Shown: positions 19,425 through 30,247, numbered from the stretch's first letter. The stretch is 64,000 bases of DNA from Candidatus Saccharimonadota bacterium (GCA_046350735.1 JAXLZU010000001.1:12530-76529); one strand, 5' to 3'. Notes: generated by a model from the letters alone, not told the origin. Translations and numbers: made by a program.

Positions 19425-20240
19425 TCAATCGCTATTCGATGCTTTCGCTACGAGATGACCCGACTCATCATAAAATACACCAGAGTACTGCATGCTTTTT
19501 AGCTCTTCTAGGATAGTTCTTAACTGTCTTAGGCTGAGATGTAGCAAGCCATGATGTCCACGGTATTCATCGTGGTAATTGTGGGACAGAAAGCTATCTG
19601 CCCCCTCAATGCTCATGATCTGTCGAATTAATGCTACTTTTCTCTCAAAGACACCAAGCTTGCCGGCGATTTCCTTAAGTTGCAAATACGTGCAGCTTGA
19701 GAGGGTTACTCCTGGGTATTCTGTACTGTAAAGATCAAAGAATTGATTCTGGCGAATTCGTTCGTAGATATTACACCAACGAAGTGCCTCTCGAGCCTCG
19801 TCGACTGTGGCTGAAAGCTCATTAAAGACGCGTCCGCGCATGGCCTCTTTGCGTATATATTGCTTGAGTGCCGGATGTGTAACCAATAAAGACATATAAT
19901 ACACATCTCTAGCAGAACGCCCAGCATAGAGCTTTAGTTGCTCTGCTTGCCAGTGGTCTTCCATAGGCATCAGTACGCGCTTAAAGAATTCTACCCACGA
20001 AGAAAGTACCGCATCTTCTATAAAACTCTCTTCGCTATATTTCCTTACCAGGCGAATACGTCTCTGCCAGCTTATGGAAAACTGCCTAAACAGTGGAGTG
20101 TTGTTATATACTTCTGCAATCAATAAATAGACCTGACTATTCTCGAGAGCATACAGATCTTCAATACTTCTAGGACTAATACGGGTATGGTCGTCGGCAA
20201 AGACGACTCGCTTAAGGCGTTCTTTCTTTTGGTTCGACAT
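19425..20240 (-). CDS. hypothetical protein
   Basis: 271 aa; promoter TTGACA-17-TAGATT and AAGGGGTGA SD upstream. Confidence 0.7.
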   Translation of the reverse strand: MSNQKKERLKRVVFADDHTRISPRSIEDLYALENSQVYLLIAEVYNNTPLFRQFSISWQRRIRLVRKYSEESFIEDAVLSSWVEFFKRVLMPMEDHWQAEQLKLYAGRSARDVYYMSLLVTHPALKQYIRKEAMRGRVFNELSATVDEAREALRWCNIYERIRQNQFFDLYSTEYPGVTLSSCTYLQLKEIAGKLGVFERKVALIRQIMSIEGADSFLSHNYHDEYRGHHGLLHLSLRQLRTILEELKSMQYSGVFYDESGHLVAKASNSD

Positions 20241-20389
20241 CGTTCACCCCTTTTTGAAAGGTTGACGGTGTATGCACCATAATCTACAAGTAAAAGTTAC
20301 TTGTGTCAACGTAGCCTAACTACTACGGTCTGGGCAAGTACTAAAAAAGAGCCTTGTTTGGCTCTTTTTTAGTGTATACAGAATAGTTA

Positions 20390-20824
20390 TTAAACCGGGT
20401 TTACCTTAATCTTCTTAACTTTGTCTTCTGGTACTACCTTTGGAATCTCGATAGTTAACACACCATCTTTAAGGCTAGCATTCGCTTTCTCAGAAACCGT
20501 ACTGGTAGGCAAAATAACTGAGCGGCTAAAACTTCCCCAGAAACATTCTTGTACATAGTAGTTGTCTTTCTCGATAGTTTTTTCTTCTTTGCGATCACCG
20601 CGAATAGTTACTACGTCTTCAGATATTGCTACATCAATGTCCTCAGGCTTTACACCAGCAATAGGTGCTTTAATAACTATCGTATCTTTGGTCTGATACA
20701 CATCTACAGCTAGCTGGCCTTCAAATTCTTCTTCACCAGCCCATTCTTCTACTGCACCTTGGCCTTCATCTAAAAACTCATCTTCTAAAATTTCTTGCTC
20801 AACCTGATTTTTACGTCTTGCCAT
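20390..20824 (-). CDS. Hsp20/alpha-crystallin small heat-shock protein
   Basis: AVDVYQT, IAGVKPEDIDV, ECFWGSFSRS, LKDGVLTIEIPK. Confidence 0.95.
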   Translation of the reverse strand: MARRKNQVEQEILEDEFLDEGQGAVEEWAGEEEFEGQLAVDVYQTKDTIVIKAPIAGVKPEDIDVAISEDVVTIRGDRKEEKTIEKDNYYVQECFWGSFSRSVILPTSTVSEKANASLKDGVLTIEIPKVVPEDKVKKIKVNPV

Positions 20825-20898
20825 AAAAAATTACTCCTTATGTTTGCTCTTTTTTCTGTTACTTCTTATTATAATCAGATAACGTATAGGTTTGCAAG

Positions 20899-21564
20899 AT
20901 GAGTTTAGTAGAAAGTCTAATTCAGGTTATCGCTCCAAGTAGTTGCAAAATCTGTAATAGTGAGGGGAGCTTACTATGTACAGACTGTGTAGCAACCCAT
21001 ATTACCGCCAGAAAACCAGCCTGCTTCTGGTGTAATACACTAACTCCAAAAGGACAAACCTGTACACGATGTAAGAACAAGACATATCTAAGTGGAGCAA
21101 TTATTCCATTTCGTTACGAGACTGCTATTCGCGAGTTAATATATGCGCTTAAATATGATGGTAATAGAGAAGCTGCACGACTCTTTGCAGGTTTGCTTAG
21201 CAGTAGTATTGATACAAATAACTTTGATGTAATTAGCTTTGTACCTACCACTGGGGTATCTCAGCGCAAGAGAGGCTACAATCAGGCCCAGCTAATTGCT
21301 ACCCAAGTGGGTCGGCTAACTGGCCTACCGCTTGTTAATACCCTACTGAGAAATACACATATCGACCAAATTGGTTTAAACCGCACGCAGCGTCTAGAAG
21401 CAGTAAAGAACAATTTTACTCACACATCGCATAATATAGATAGCAAAAGAATACTATTGGTAGACGATGTTATTACCACCGGAGCAACCATAGATGAGTG
21501 TGCCTCTACTCTAAAAAAATCAGGTGCAAAACAAGTTTGGGCATTAGCCATCGCTAAGAAGTAG
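20899..21564 (+). CDS. comF: ComF family competence protein
   Basis: Double zinc ribbon CxxC, RGYNQA, LLVDDVITTGAT. Confidence 0.9.
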   Translation: MSLVESLIQVIAPSSCKICNSEGSLLCTDCVATHITARKPACFWCNTLTPKGQTCTRCKNKTYLSGAIIPFRYETAIRELIYALKYDGNREAARLFAGLLSSSIDTNNFDVISFVPTTGVSQRKRGYNQAQLIATQVGRLTGLPLVNTLLRNTHIDQIGLNRTQRLEAVKNNFTHTSHNIDSKRILLVDDVITTGATIDECASTLKKSGAKQVWALAIAKK

Positions 21565-21589
21565 TTAATTATCATATACAATACAATCT

Positions 21590-22423
21590 ATGGATTCACC
21601 GCCAAAAATAACTCCATTTCTCGATAAGCTTTATACATTCTATAGTCAGAATGGTCGCCACGATATGCCGTGGCGCAAAGATACTCGGGCCTACTATATT
21701 CTTCTCAGTGAAGTAATGTTGCAGCAGACCCAAGTAGAAAGAGTAAAGACAAAGTTTGTCGAGTTTGTAAAAGAGCTTCCTGACTGGAACAGCCTCGCAG
21801 AAGCAAAACAAAGCAGAGTAGTATCGCTTTGGCAGGGACTCGGTTATAATCGACGCGCTCTCTACTTATGCAGGTGCGCGGAGACTGTAGTAAATAACTA
21901 TAATGGCAATTTACCAAAAAATTCTACAGAACTCCAACGACTACCCGGTATAGGGCCAAATACTGCAGGGGCAATAATGGCATTTGCCTACGACCAGCCA
22001 GTGGTGTTTATCGAAACCAACATTCGTCGAGTATTATTACACGAGTTCTTTGTAGACAAAGAAAGTGTAGACGATAGTGAGTTACTACTTATTCTAGAAA
22101 AAATTATCGCGCAATTGCCAGGTTCGCAGTTTAGCTCGAGAACATTTTACTGGGCCATGATGGATTATGGCACCTATCTAAAGCAACAGGTCCCCAACCC
22201 AAATAGACGCAGTAAGCACTACACCAAACAGAGTCAGTTTGTTGGCTCAACAAGGCAACTGCGTGGCCTAATTCTAAAAGAATTATTGCGCTCCCCGCAG
22301 CAAAAATCTGTTTTGCAAACCGCTGTTAATGAAGTAGATAGTGAGCGATTTAACATAGTGATAAATTCTTTGCTGAAAGACGGTTTTGTTATTCAGCAGG
22401 GTGAGAGAATACAACTCAAATGA
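21590..22423 (+). CDS. mutY: A/G-specific adenine glycosylase (short MutY-like)
   Basis: MPWR, SEVMLQQTQV, WQGLGYNRRA, LPGIGPNTAGA, AMMDYG. Confidence 0.85.
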   Translation: MDSPPKITPFLDKLYTFYSQNGRHDMPWRKDTRAYYILLSEVMLQQTQVERVKTKFVEFVKELPDWNSLAEAKQSRVVSLWQGLGYNRRALYLCRCAETVVNNYNGNLPKNSTELQRLPGIGPNTAGAIMAFAYDQPVVFIETNIRRVLLHEFFVDKESVDDSELLLILEKIIAQLPGSQFSSRTFYWAMMDYGTYLKQQVPNPNRRSKHYTKQSQFVGSTRQLRGLILKELLRSPQQKSVLQTAVNEVDSERFNIVINSLLKDGFVIQQGERIQLK

Positions 22424-22938
22424 TTATGATTCTTGCCCTTATACTGGTCAGTATGCTGTTTGTAGCGATTTGTGTTATTGCCTGGGATAAAATTGTTGTT
22501 GGCAAAGTGCCATTTATTTCTCTACCAAACGAAATTATCGAGCAGGTGCTTGCTAATGTCTTTATTCAGCCCAACAAAACGGTATACGACCTTGGCTGTG
22601 GCGATGGTAGAGTGTTGCTTGCTGCCGCCAAAAAGCAGCCTAAGGCCACTTACATTGGTATAGAACGGGCATTTTGGCCCTACTTGCTTGCCAAATACAA
22701 AACCCGCACGGTAGAGCAGATTTCTATTTATCGCGGCGATATTACCAAGCTAACCTTACAGCAGTCGGCTTTGGTGGTGTGCTATTTACTGCCAGAGCTA
22801 TTGGCAAAGATTCAATTTAACGGCCAAGATGTAGTAAGCATCGAGTACCAAATACCGGGCCGCAAACCAAATAAAACAATTGTATTAAAAAAACATTCCC
22901 GACTTGTCTCGAAAATGTTTTTTTATAACGCTAATTAA
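22420..22938 (+). CDS. class I SAM-dependent methyltransferase, N-terminal TM
   Basis: VPF, VYDLGCGDGR, GIE. Confidence 0.85.
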   Translation: MIMILALILVSMLFVAICVIAWDKIVVGKVPFISLPNEIIEQVLANVFIQPNKTVYDLGCGDGRVLLAAAKKQPKATYIGIERAFWPYLLAKYKTRTVEQISIYRGDITKLTLQQSALVVCYLLPELLAKIQFNGQDVVSIEYQIPGRKPNKTIVLKKHSRLVSKMFFYNAN

Positions 22939-23318
22939 ACCTTAAAGATACCAAGTACAAAGTTAACAATAACAAAAGAGAGTATCGCTACAATCAAACC
23001 AATCACCGAGTAGAGAATAGTATCTTTGGCGGCTCGTACGGCATTTTCGTCACCATTAGACAAAGTATAGCGAAAACCACCAATAATTATCATAATTACC
23101 GATACAATGCCAATTGCTACCAAGAGGAAGTTAACAATAATCGACACGTAGCCACCAGAGCCCGTAACACTACCCTTGGCCAATCCATTTGCGCTACCTG
23201 CAGCATTTACGCCTGCCTGCAAGCCACCAGATACATCGTCAGCAAATGCAGTTGGGACTGCCAAGAAGGTAGCACCAAGTACAGTAGCAGTAGTAATTGT
23301 TTTGAGTGTGTTTTTCAT
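22935..23318 (-). CDS. VirB2/TrbC-like pilin
   Basis: Signal peptide, two TMs flanking IIGGFRYTLSNGD...AKDTILYSVIGL; start moved to MKNT. Confidence 0.85.
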   Translation of the reverse strand: MKNTLKTITTATVLGATFLAVPTAFADDVSGGLQAGVNAAGSANGLAKGSVTGSGGYVSIIVNFLLVAIGIVSVIMIIIGGFRYTLSNGDENAVRAAKDTILYSVIGLIVAILSFVIVNFVLGIFKV

Positions 23319-23337
23319 TTTAGAAAAGAATTCTATA

Positions 23338-23706
23338 TTAAACACCAAATCTGGCAAGAACAAAGTTGACGATAGCAAAGCTAAGCAACGCAACCACAAT
23401 ACCAATTACGGCATAAAGAATAGTATCTTTAGCGCCAGAAACGGATTTTTCGTTACCGTTAGAAAGTACATAACGAAAACCACCAACAATAAGCATAATT
23501 ACAGCAACAATACCAATAACAATAAGCATTACGTTAATGATGTTCTTAACATTTTCTTGCAGGCTACCGCTAGCAGCGTTAGAAGGTTGTACTGCATCTA
23601 CTGCACCGCTAATGCTTTCGTCAGCACGAGCAGCTACCGGCAATAGAGCTACTGCAGTACCACCACTTACAATTGCGAGTTTCTTTAGTTTGTCTTGGCT
23701 TAACAT
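23338..23706 (-). CDS. VirB2/TrbC-like pilin
   Basis: IVGGFRYVLSNGN...AKDTILYAVIG; AAAGGAG SD. Confidence 0.85.
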   Translation of the reverse strand: MLSQDKLKKLAIVSGGTAVALLPVAARADESISGAVDAVQPSNAASGSLQENVKNIINVMLIVIGIVAVIMLIVGGFRYVLSNGNEKSVSGAKDTILYAVIGIVVALLSFAIVNFVLARFGV

Positions 23707-23828
23707 TTTTTTGTCTTTCTCCTTTGGTTGAATAACGTTATTTTATTACCTTGTATTATGGCTTATATTCTACCAGAAAACAAGCAAAAAGAAAAAAGAC
23801 TAAGCTTACTTAATATAATTAGTATCTT

Positions 23829-24119
23829 TTACTTAAATACCGAGATAACAAAGTTAACTATTACAAAGGCAAGAATAGTAACTATTAAGCCAATTACTGC
23901 ATTAGTAATGGTACTCTTGGCAGTCCGGGTCTTATCTTCGCTACCACCCGAGGTAGAATATTGAATCCCTCCAACAATAATGAAGATTACAGCCACTGCA
24001 CCGGCAACGAAGAGTAGAATATTAGTTACTCTACTTATTAACACAGTAAAATCTGACGGCCCAGGCACGCCATTTGGTACATTAAAAGTGTCTGATAATA
24101 GGAATTTTATATAGTTCAT
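23829..24119 (-). CDS. VirB2/TrbC-like pilin
   Basis: IIVGGIQYSTSGG...AKSTITNAVIGL. Confidence 0.85.
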   Translation of the reverse strand: MNYIKFLLSDTFNVPNGVPGPSDFTVLISRVTNILLFVAGAVAVIFIIVGGIQYSTSGGSEDKTRTAKSTITNAVIGLIVTILAFVIVNFVISVFK

Positions 24120-24161
24120 ATTGTCTAAAGTATAGTTTTTTTACCACCTAAAAAGCAACCC

Positions 24162-24797
24162 TTACTTAACAAATGCATTTAAGACACTAATGACTATACC
24201 TACCGACAACGACATTATTAACCCAATAATTGCATAGGTTATTGTAGTTTTAGCTTTAGTTACCTTGTTAGAATCACCAGCTGAAGTTGTATACTGTATT
24301 CCACCAATAATAATAAAAATGACTGCTAGGGCACCGACTGCAAAGAGCAGAACACTTATAACATTATTACTTAAATCAGTAACTCCCTTGAGTTTAGTTG
24401 TATCAACATTTGCAAATATTCTAGTATTTAATAAATTGAAAATTGCGTTAAAAGAGATTAGAAATCCTAGGCTAACTGCTGCTTGCACCAGTCTGTCCTT
24501 GGCCGATTTTATTCTATCTGGACTACCACCTGACGTTACGTATTGTATAGCTGATACAAGTATTACTATTGTTAATACAATACCAACTATGCCAATTAAA
24601 TAGAGAACGATATTACCTATTACAACGCTTAATGCATTGTCACCCGAAATACTACCTTGGTTTGCGCAAAAAATCTGCTTTCCTGCATCACTTAATTTCG
24701 AGCAATCGAGGTCTGCAGCAAAAGCCGGTACATTAATAAACACAATAGCTAAAACCGCAGTAAGTATTGATAATAAAAGCATTTTTGTTCGGCCCAT
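24162..24797 (-). CDS. tandem (double) VirB2/TrbC-like pilin
   Basis: Two pilin repeats: IQYVTSGGS..AKDRL and IQYTTSAGD..AKTTI. Confidence 0.8.
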   Translation of the reverse strand: MGRTKMLLLSILTAVLAIVFINVPAFAADLDCSKLSDAGKQIFCANQGSISGDNALSVVIGNIVLYLIGIVGIVLTIVILVSAIQYVTSGGSPDRIKSAKDRLVQAAVSLGFLISFNAIFNLLNTRIFANVDTTKLKGVTDLSNNVISVLLFAVGALAVIFIIIGGIQYTTSAGDSNKVTKAKTTITYAIIGLIMSLSVGIVISVLNAFVK

Positions 24798-24875
24798 TTG
24801 TTTATTATTTTAGCGTGAATTTCGTTTTTTTGCTATTACGAGCACAGATATCTATAATATTAAGCACAAGCGCTT

Positions 24876-27155
24876 ATGAAAAAAATCCTCCAAATCCTTA
24901 GCGTACTACTATTGTCGTGCCTGGCGGTAGTGCTTTTTGGTGTAGCAAATCACCAAGAAGCGAAAGCTGATGATTGTGGGGCAATAAATAAATACAACTT
25001 TATTAATGCTTCCGTTATTAAATACTGTGGAGGTGGAGACTACTATTACAGCCCTGCTCTAACAGCAGCAAATTCTGCAGCCGGGTCACCAATCTTTGTT
25101 AAAGGGACATTTGATACTAATACAAAAATCTTTACGCCTGATAGTAGCAACCAGGTTCTTCAGATTATTACTAACCCCAATGATGCTGCACAAACTTTGG
25201 CATGTATAGGTGTAAAAGGAGGTGCACAATCTCCCTGTGACTCAGATAATAATTTACTTGGTGTACAACAAGCTAAGTCAGTAGTGCCAGAATTAAAAGA
25301 TTATTGTGCAGTTACTCAAACAGGAAGTTGTAAAGATATTACGAATGGTCAGACAGTAAGTAATCCTAAAACACCTTTTACCGACAAGATTGGAGAAATA
25401 CAGGGCGCTCAAGCAAAAGTCGGACAAGATGGGGACTGTATTGATAATCCATTAAGTTTTTTCCTGTGCCCATTGTATAGTGCGATAGGCGAAACGGTAG
25501 ATGGACTTAGTAAGTTCTTAGTAGATCAATTAACGATTGAATCTCTAACCGGGCAAGATGCAGGTAGCAATGGGGGTATTACTGGTGGTTTTAATAGGTT
25601 AAGAAACGTTGCAAATTCTGTCTATATATTAATATTCCTCATAATAATATTCTCTAATTTTGTTAATTTTGGATTAGAGAATTATACAGTCAAGAAACTT
25701 CTGCCGCGACTCATAGCCGCGATAATTTTAACCCAATTTGCTTTTTTAATTTGTACATTATTAGTTGACTTTTCAAATGTGTTGCTTGCAACCATACCTT
25801 CTATTATTCAGGGGGCAAACCCTAAAAGCTTAGGGGAGTCAGTGCAAAGTAATTTCGCAACTTTGGTCAATCAACAAGGTACAAATGGTGCTGCAGCAGC
25901 ATTAAATGGGCTAGTAACTGGTATGGCATATTTTGTTTTGATTTTGATTTTAGCAGTTCTCGCATTAGTAATTATAATAATCGCACTTGCATATATAGTA
26001 TTTCGTAATATATTTCTTATTATTCTTGTGTTCCTCAGTCCATTAGCAATCGCAGCTTGGGTATTACCACAAACCCAAACTTATGCAAAAAAATGGTTTA
26101 CATGGTTTATTAAGCTACTCTTAATGGGGCCAATAATAGGCTTGATACTTTCAGTTGTTGTCGTAGTCCAGCAAATATTTCAGAGTTCAAATAATAAATT
26201 TTTATTAGCTATCTCAGTGTTTGTGCCGTTTTTTGGATTAGCAATCATACCAAAATCTCTAAAATGGAGTGGGGATGTTATGAGTGCAACTGGCAGTTTA
26301 GTTACAAAATCTGCGGTTGGCAAAGCCGCTGGTGGTGCTGTTAAAAAGAGTGCAAAAGAAGGCACTATAGCCGAGAAGAGTGGTAAAGCTATTGAATCCT
26401 TTGGTAAGCGCACAGGTAGTGTTGCTCTTGAGGCTAGAGGAGCACAGCTTAGCAAAGTAAAAGCTGGAATTGCCCGAGAACGTATCTCTAAGCTCAGTCT
26501 TGATAGACAAATTGAATTGGCAAGCAAGGGTAAGGGGAACTCCAAAGCACTTGCACAAGCTGCTATTAATGAGAAGCGTCAGCAGTTATTAAATTACAGA
26601 AATCTAGATGGTCAACAGCTGAGAGACCTGGAACGTTTGCATGGTAAATCAGATGCAGATATCGCTGCGCAATATGGGTTAAATATTGAAGATGGCAAGG
26701 TTAAACCTCAATATGATAATACAGGCCAATTAATAGCAGGGGACCCTAACAACGTTAGCTACAACAATCCATATTGGAATAGTGGGGGCCAAACCGGACC
26801 ACAACCGGGTACCGGCACTAACACTGCTACACCAGCAGCCCCAACCCCTCCCGCAGGAGCCACACCCGGTGGCGGAGGCGGCGGAAGACCAGCACCTGCC
26901 GCTGCGCCCGGAGGAACAGGAACCTCAGGTACCGCAACGCCTGGTACCGGAGCAGGTCCCGGCCAGGCTCGCAGCTCAGCAGCACAGTTTAATCGTGGAG
27001 CAAGAGCAGGGCGAGCTGCAACAGGTTCTAGCGCTGCACCGCTTTCTAACCCGAATGCTACACCTCCACCAAATCCAGCCGGTGGGCCTCCTGGCGGAGG
27101 TGGCACACCGCCAGCACCTCCAGCCGGGCCACCACCAGGTTTCCCCGGGCCATAA
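24876..27155 (+). CDS. VirB6/TrbL-like T4SS membrane protein with Pro/Gly-rich tail
   Basis: PLSFFLCPLY, KKLLPRLIAAIIL, SPLAIAAWVLP...KKW multi-TM core; T4SS context. Confidence 0.75.
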   Translation: MKKILQILSVLLLSCLAVVLFGVANHQEAKADDCGAINKYNFINASVIKYCGGGDYYYSPALTAANSAAGSPIFVKGTFDTNTKIFTPDSSNQVLQIITNPNDAAQTLACIGVKGGAQSPCDSDNNLLGVQQAKSVVPELKDYCAVTQTGSCKDITNGQTVSNPKTPFTDKIGEIQGAQAKVGQDGDCIDNPLSFFLCPLYSAIGETVDGLSKFLVDQLTIESLTGQDAGSNGGITGGFNRLRNVANSVYILIFLIIIFSNFVNFGLENYTVKKLLPRLIAAIILTQFAFLICTLLVDFSNVLLATIPSIIQGANPKSLGESVQSNFATLVNQQGTNGAAAALNGLVTGMAYFVLILILAVLALVIIIIALAYIVFRNIFLIILVFLSPLAIAAWVLPQTQTYAKKWFTWFIKLLLMGPIIGLILSVVVVVQQIFQSSNNKFLLAISVFVPFFGLAIIPKSLKWSGDVMSATGSLVTKSAVGKAAGGAVKKSAKEGTIAEKSGKAIESFGKRTGSVALEARGAQLSKVKAGIARERISKLSLDRQIELASKGKGNSKALAQAAINEKRQQLLNYRNLDGQQLRDLERLHGKSDADIAAQYGLNIEDGKVKPQYDNTGQLIAGDPNNVSYNNPYWNSGGQTGPQPGTGTNTATPAAPTPPAGATPGGGGGGRPAPAAAPGGTGTSGTATPGTGAGPGQARSSAAQFNRGARAGRAATGSSAAPLSNPNATPPPNPAGGPPGGGGTPPAPPAGPPPGFPGP

Positions 27156-27346
27156 AAACCCTATCGTTATTTGATAGGGTTTTATCTTTATCCATTATAC
27201 TAGTACAAAAACATTTACTTTATTATATAGTTCTGATATAATTACTCATTAACTCTCCAGATAGAGTCTCGGTTAAAAAATTCGAGAGTTAATATCTGCA
27301 AGATAATAAGCCAAATGGCTACAAAAGAGTTAGTGAGTACTATGTA

Positions 27347-29314
27347 ATGGCAAACAAATCTACAAAATTTGCCCGTATATTCTCTGCGCGAAAAAGTATT
27401 ATTGTCGTGTCGCTTTTGGTTATGCTAATATCTAGTATTTTGCCGGCTGTTGCAACTGCCGCACCAGATACACAACAGACAACTAATACTTCAACCACAC
27501 AGGCAGTTAACTCAGTACAACCAACTACTCCAACCACCATCACCCAAACCACTGTGCCAGATAGCCCAGATAGCATGCAGACCTGCGACCAAGCTGCCGG
27601 GCCACTAAGCTTCTTCTTGTGCCCACTCTATGCCATGATAATGAAGGGTATTAATTGGTTGGCAGGGCCAGACGATAGTATCTTGGTACAGATGCTGCGT
27701 GTCCCACCATTGCAATTTACTAAAGACGTTGGGCTTAGCCGTGCCTATGGCAACATATTAGCATTTGTAAATAGCTTATTTATATTAGTCTTCTTAGTAA
27801 TTATTATTCTTAGTCTCATAAAAGACTTTAGTTTTTTAGAAAATTATCATCTCAAACAAACTCTGCCAAGGCTTATTGCAGCAATTATCTTGGCACAATT
27901 TGGATATCTTATATGTGCAGCACTGGTAGATATTGGTAATATTCTTGGCGCTCTGGCTCCTCAAACCTTAGCTGCTGGGGTACTTGGTACAAATGCCAAG
28001 CTGCCAGGATTGGCTGATAGTATTGTTGGTCTACTTGCATTTGGCAATGCAAAGGCAGTAGGTACTGGTACTGCAGTGGTTACGAATGTACTCTTTGGTG
28101 GCGGTACCGGTATTGTATTTATCTTAATGTTCTTAATGGCAATTGCCGTGCTCTTTGCATTATTGCTTGCTTTTATTTATATGGTGGCACGTAATTTAAT
28201 AATTGTCTTACTTGTACTAGCAGCACCATTAGCCTTCTTGGCCTGGGTATTACCGGGTACACAAAGCTTCTTCTTTAGATGGGGAAGAAATCTTATTAAG
28301 CTAATTATGATGTATCCTCTTGTAGTAATCGTTATTACAACCGCTGAGATACTAGCGTTTCTTTTGCAACATCCAAGTCTCGACCCAAATGTCTATACCG
28401 ATAATAGACTGTATCTATTAATTGGTGGTTTGATACCGTTTATTGCATTATTAATGATTCCAAAACTACTTAAACTCTCAGGCGATATCATGGAGGTAAC
28501 TGGTGGTGCTGTGGCCGGCTTTGTGGCTGGCAAGGTAGCTAGTAAGGGTATGGAAAGTGGAAGGAATGCACATGCCGGTGCAAGAGATAGGCTTGCCCAG
28601 TCTAAATTTGGCCAAGAGAACCGCTTTGGCCGAGCTATGGCAGGTGGTGGTACTATGGCCCTCGTTTCGCCAAACAATACTAAATCAATCAAACGATTGG
28701 GTGAAGCCCGGAAACGTGCCAATGCAGAATACGAAAGTGCTGCCAACCTTGGCACTGATGATGAGCTAAAAGCAATGCTTGGCCACAAAGATACAGTGGC
28801 TCGCCAAAATGCTATTATTGGTTTGGCCAAACGTGGCAAGCGCGACATTATTGCCGAAGGTCTGCAGTCTGGTCAAATAAAACCTATTGATATGACTGCC
28901 TTAAAAAATGCTAAATTCGATAGTATGGATTCGATGCCAGACTTACGAAGCTGGGAATTCGAGACTGATCCTGCCAAAGGTACACCAGGTGTTCCAAATT
29001 CCTTCTATACTAATCTAAACGCTGGTGGCTGGGCAGGTGCAAATGGTGCAACTCAGCAAGATTGGACTATGAACCGTGTCTTTAACCAAGCGAAAAATAA
29101 ATATGAATATGTTGGTTATTCTGCCCAAAAGATTCAACGATTTAAAGCTAGTCAGTTAGAGTCTATTTTGCAAGATAAAGAAGTGCGTAAGAAAATGGAC
29201 GAAACTGTTCGACAAGAACTCTTTAATTACGCACAGGCCAATGGCGGAATTCATGGTAATGACCATGCTAAAGCTATTATGAATAATATGACCAATACCG
29301 GGTCATGGTCGTAA
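27347..29314 (+). CDS. VirB6/TrbL-like T4SS membrane protein (paralog)
   Basis: Same PLSFFLCPLY, LPRLIAAIIL, APLAFLAWVLP motifs. Confidence 0.75.
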   Translation: MANKSTKFARIFSARKSIIVVSLLVMLISSILPAVATAAPDTQQTTNTSTTQAVNSVQPTTPTTITQTTVPDSPDSMQTCDQAAGPLSFFLCPLYAMIMKGINWLAGPDDSILVQMLRVPPLQFTKDVGLSRAYGNILAFVNSLFILVFLVIIILSLIKDFSFLENYHLKQTLPRLIAAIILAQFGYLICAALVDIGNILGALAPQTLAAGVLGTNAKLPGLADSIVGLLAFGNAKAVGTGTAVVTNVLFGGGTGIVFILMFLMAIAVLFALLLAFIYMVARNLIIVLLVLAAPLAFLAWVLPGTQSFFFRWGRNLIKLIMMYPLVVIVITTAEILAFLLQHPSLDPNVYTDNRLYLLIGGLIPFIALLMIPKLLKLSGDIMEVTGGAVAGFVAGKVASKGMESGRNAHAGARDRLAQSKFGQENRFGRAMAGGGTMALVSPNNTKSIKRLGEARKRANAEYESAANLGTDDELKAMLGHKDTVARQNAIIGLAKRGKRDIIAEGLQSGQIKPIDMTALKNAKFDSMDSMPDLRSWEFETDPAKGTPGVPNSFYTNLNAGGWAGANGATQQDWTMNRVFNQAKNKYEYVGYSAQKIQRFKASQLESILQDKEVRKKMDETVRQELFNYAQANGGIHGNDHAKAIMNNMTNTGSWS

Positions 29315-29376
29315 GACAGAGTTAAAGCATAAGCCTCATCTTGCCACTCAAGATATAATACGGCATACTTATAGAT

Positions 29377-30198
29377 ATGGGTCAGTATAAAGTTCCTCAA
29401 GATGTCGAAACCGAAGATAAAATCTTAGGGCCACTTTCTGTTAAGCAATTTATCTATGTAATTATTGGTGTACTCTGGGCATTTTTAATGTGGCGATTGT
29501 TTAGTTGGTTCTTGCCACTCGCTGCAATCTTAGCCCTGCCAGTAACTGGTTTTATGTTACTACTTGGTTTTGGTCAGCGCGAAGGTGTGCCATTTGAAGA
29601 CTATGTAGTGGCATTTATTCGCTTTTTAGTCTTACCGCGTAAATTAGAATGGCAGAAAGACGATACCAAAGAAACTATTACCAAAGATTTGGCTCCTAAA
29701 GAATCTAACGAGCCAACCCAAAAGAACGTTACTAAAGGTCAATTAAAACAGTTAGCAAGTATTATCGATACACGTGGTGGTGGTAAAGACTCAAGCATTC
29801 AATTACAAGAAAATGATACCGCAGCCGAATATGCCTCGCGCGTTATTGGTCCTCAATCGGCCGGCCCCAGTGGTGCTGTAGTAACGGTACAGAATCAATT
29901 TGCCACTCCAAAAGATGATATTTTTGAAGACACCCAACAGTCACAGGGTGTAGGACAGCTTTTACAAAATGCTGAGGTCGATGCACGCCAACAAGCAGTT
30001 GCGCAAGTACAGACTGTATTAGCCAACCCAACAGCTGCTGCTCCGTCACCTCAACCAGCCTCTGCACCAAATCCTGCAGCAGCACTATTGGCTCGTAAAA
30101 ATAGCAATTTACCTGTTGCCACGGTCGCAAGGCGCGCCGCCGAACAACAACTTAGTCCTGGTGAAGTAGTACAGTTAAGACAGGGTGGTGCACAATAA
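29377..30198 (+). CDS. PrgI family (VirB3-like) protein
   Basis: YKVPQDVETEDKILGPLSVKQFIY, two TMs. Confidence 0.88.
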   Translation: MGQYKVPQDVETEDKILGPLSVKQFIYVIIGVLWAFLMWRLFSWFLPLAAILALPVTGFMLLLGFGQREGVPFEDYVVAFIRFLVLPRKLEWQKDDTKETITKDLAPKESNEPTQKNVTKGQLKQLASIIDTRGGGKDSSIQLQENDTAAEYASRVIGPQSAGPSGAVVTVQNQFATPKDDIFEDTQQSQGVGQLLQNAEVDARQQAVAQVQTVLANPTAAAPSPQPASAPNPAAALLARKNSNLPVATVARRAAEQQLSPGEVVQLRQGGAQ

Positions 30199-30247
30199 AA
30201 GACCACCTGTAAAACACTCGTGTTTTCTTATATAATAAAAGATTACT

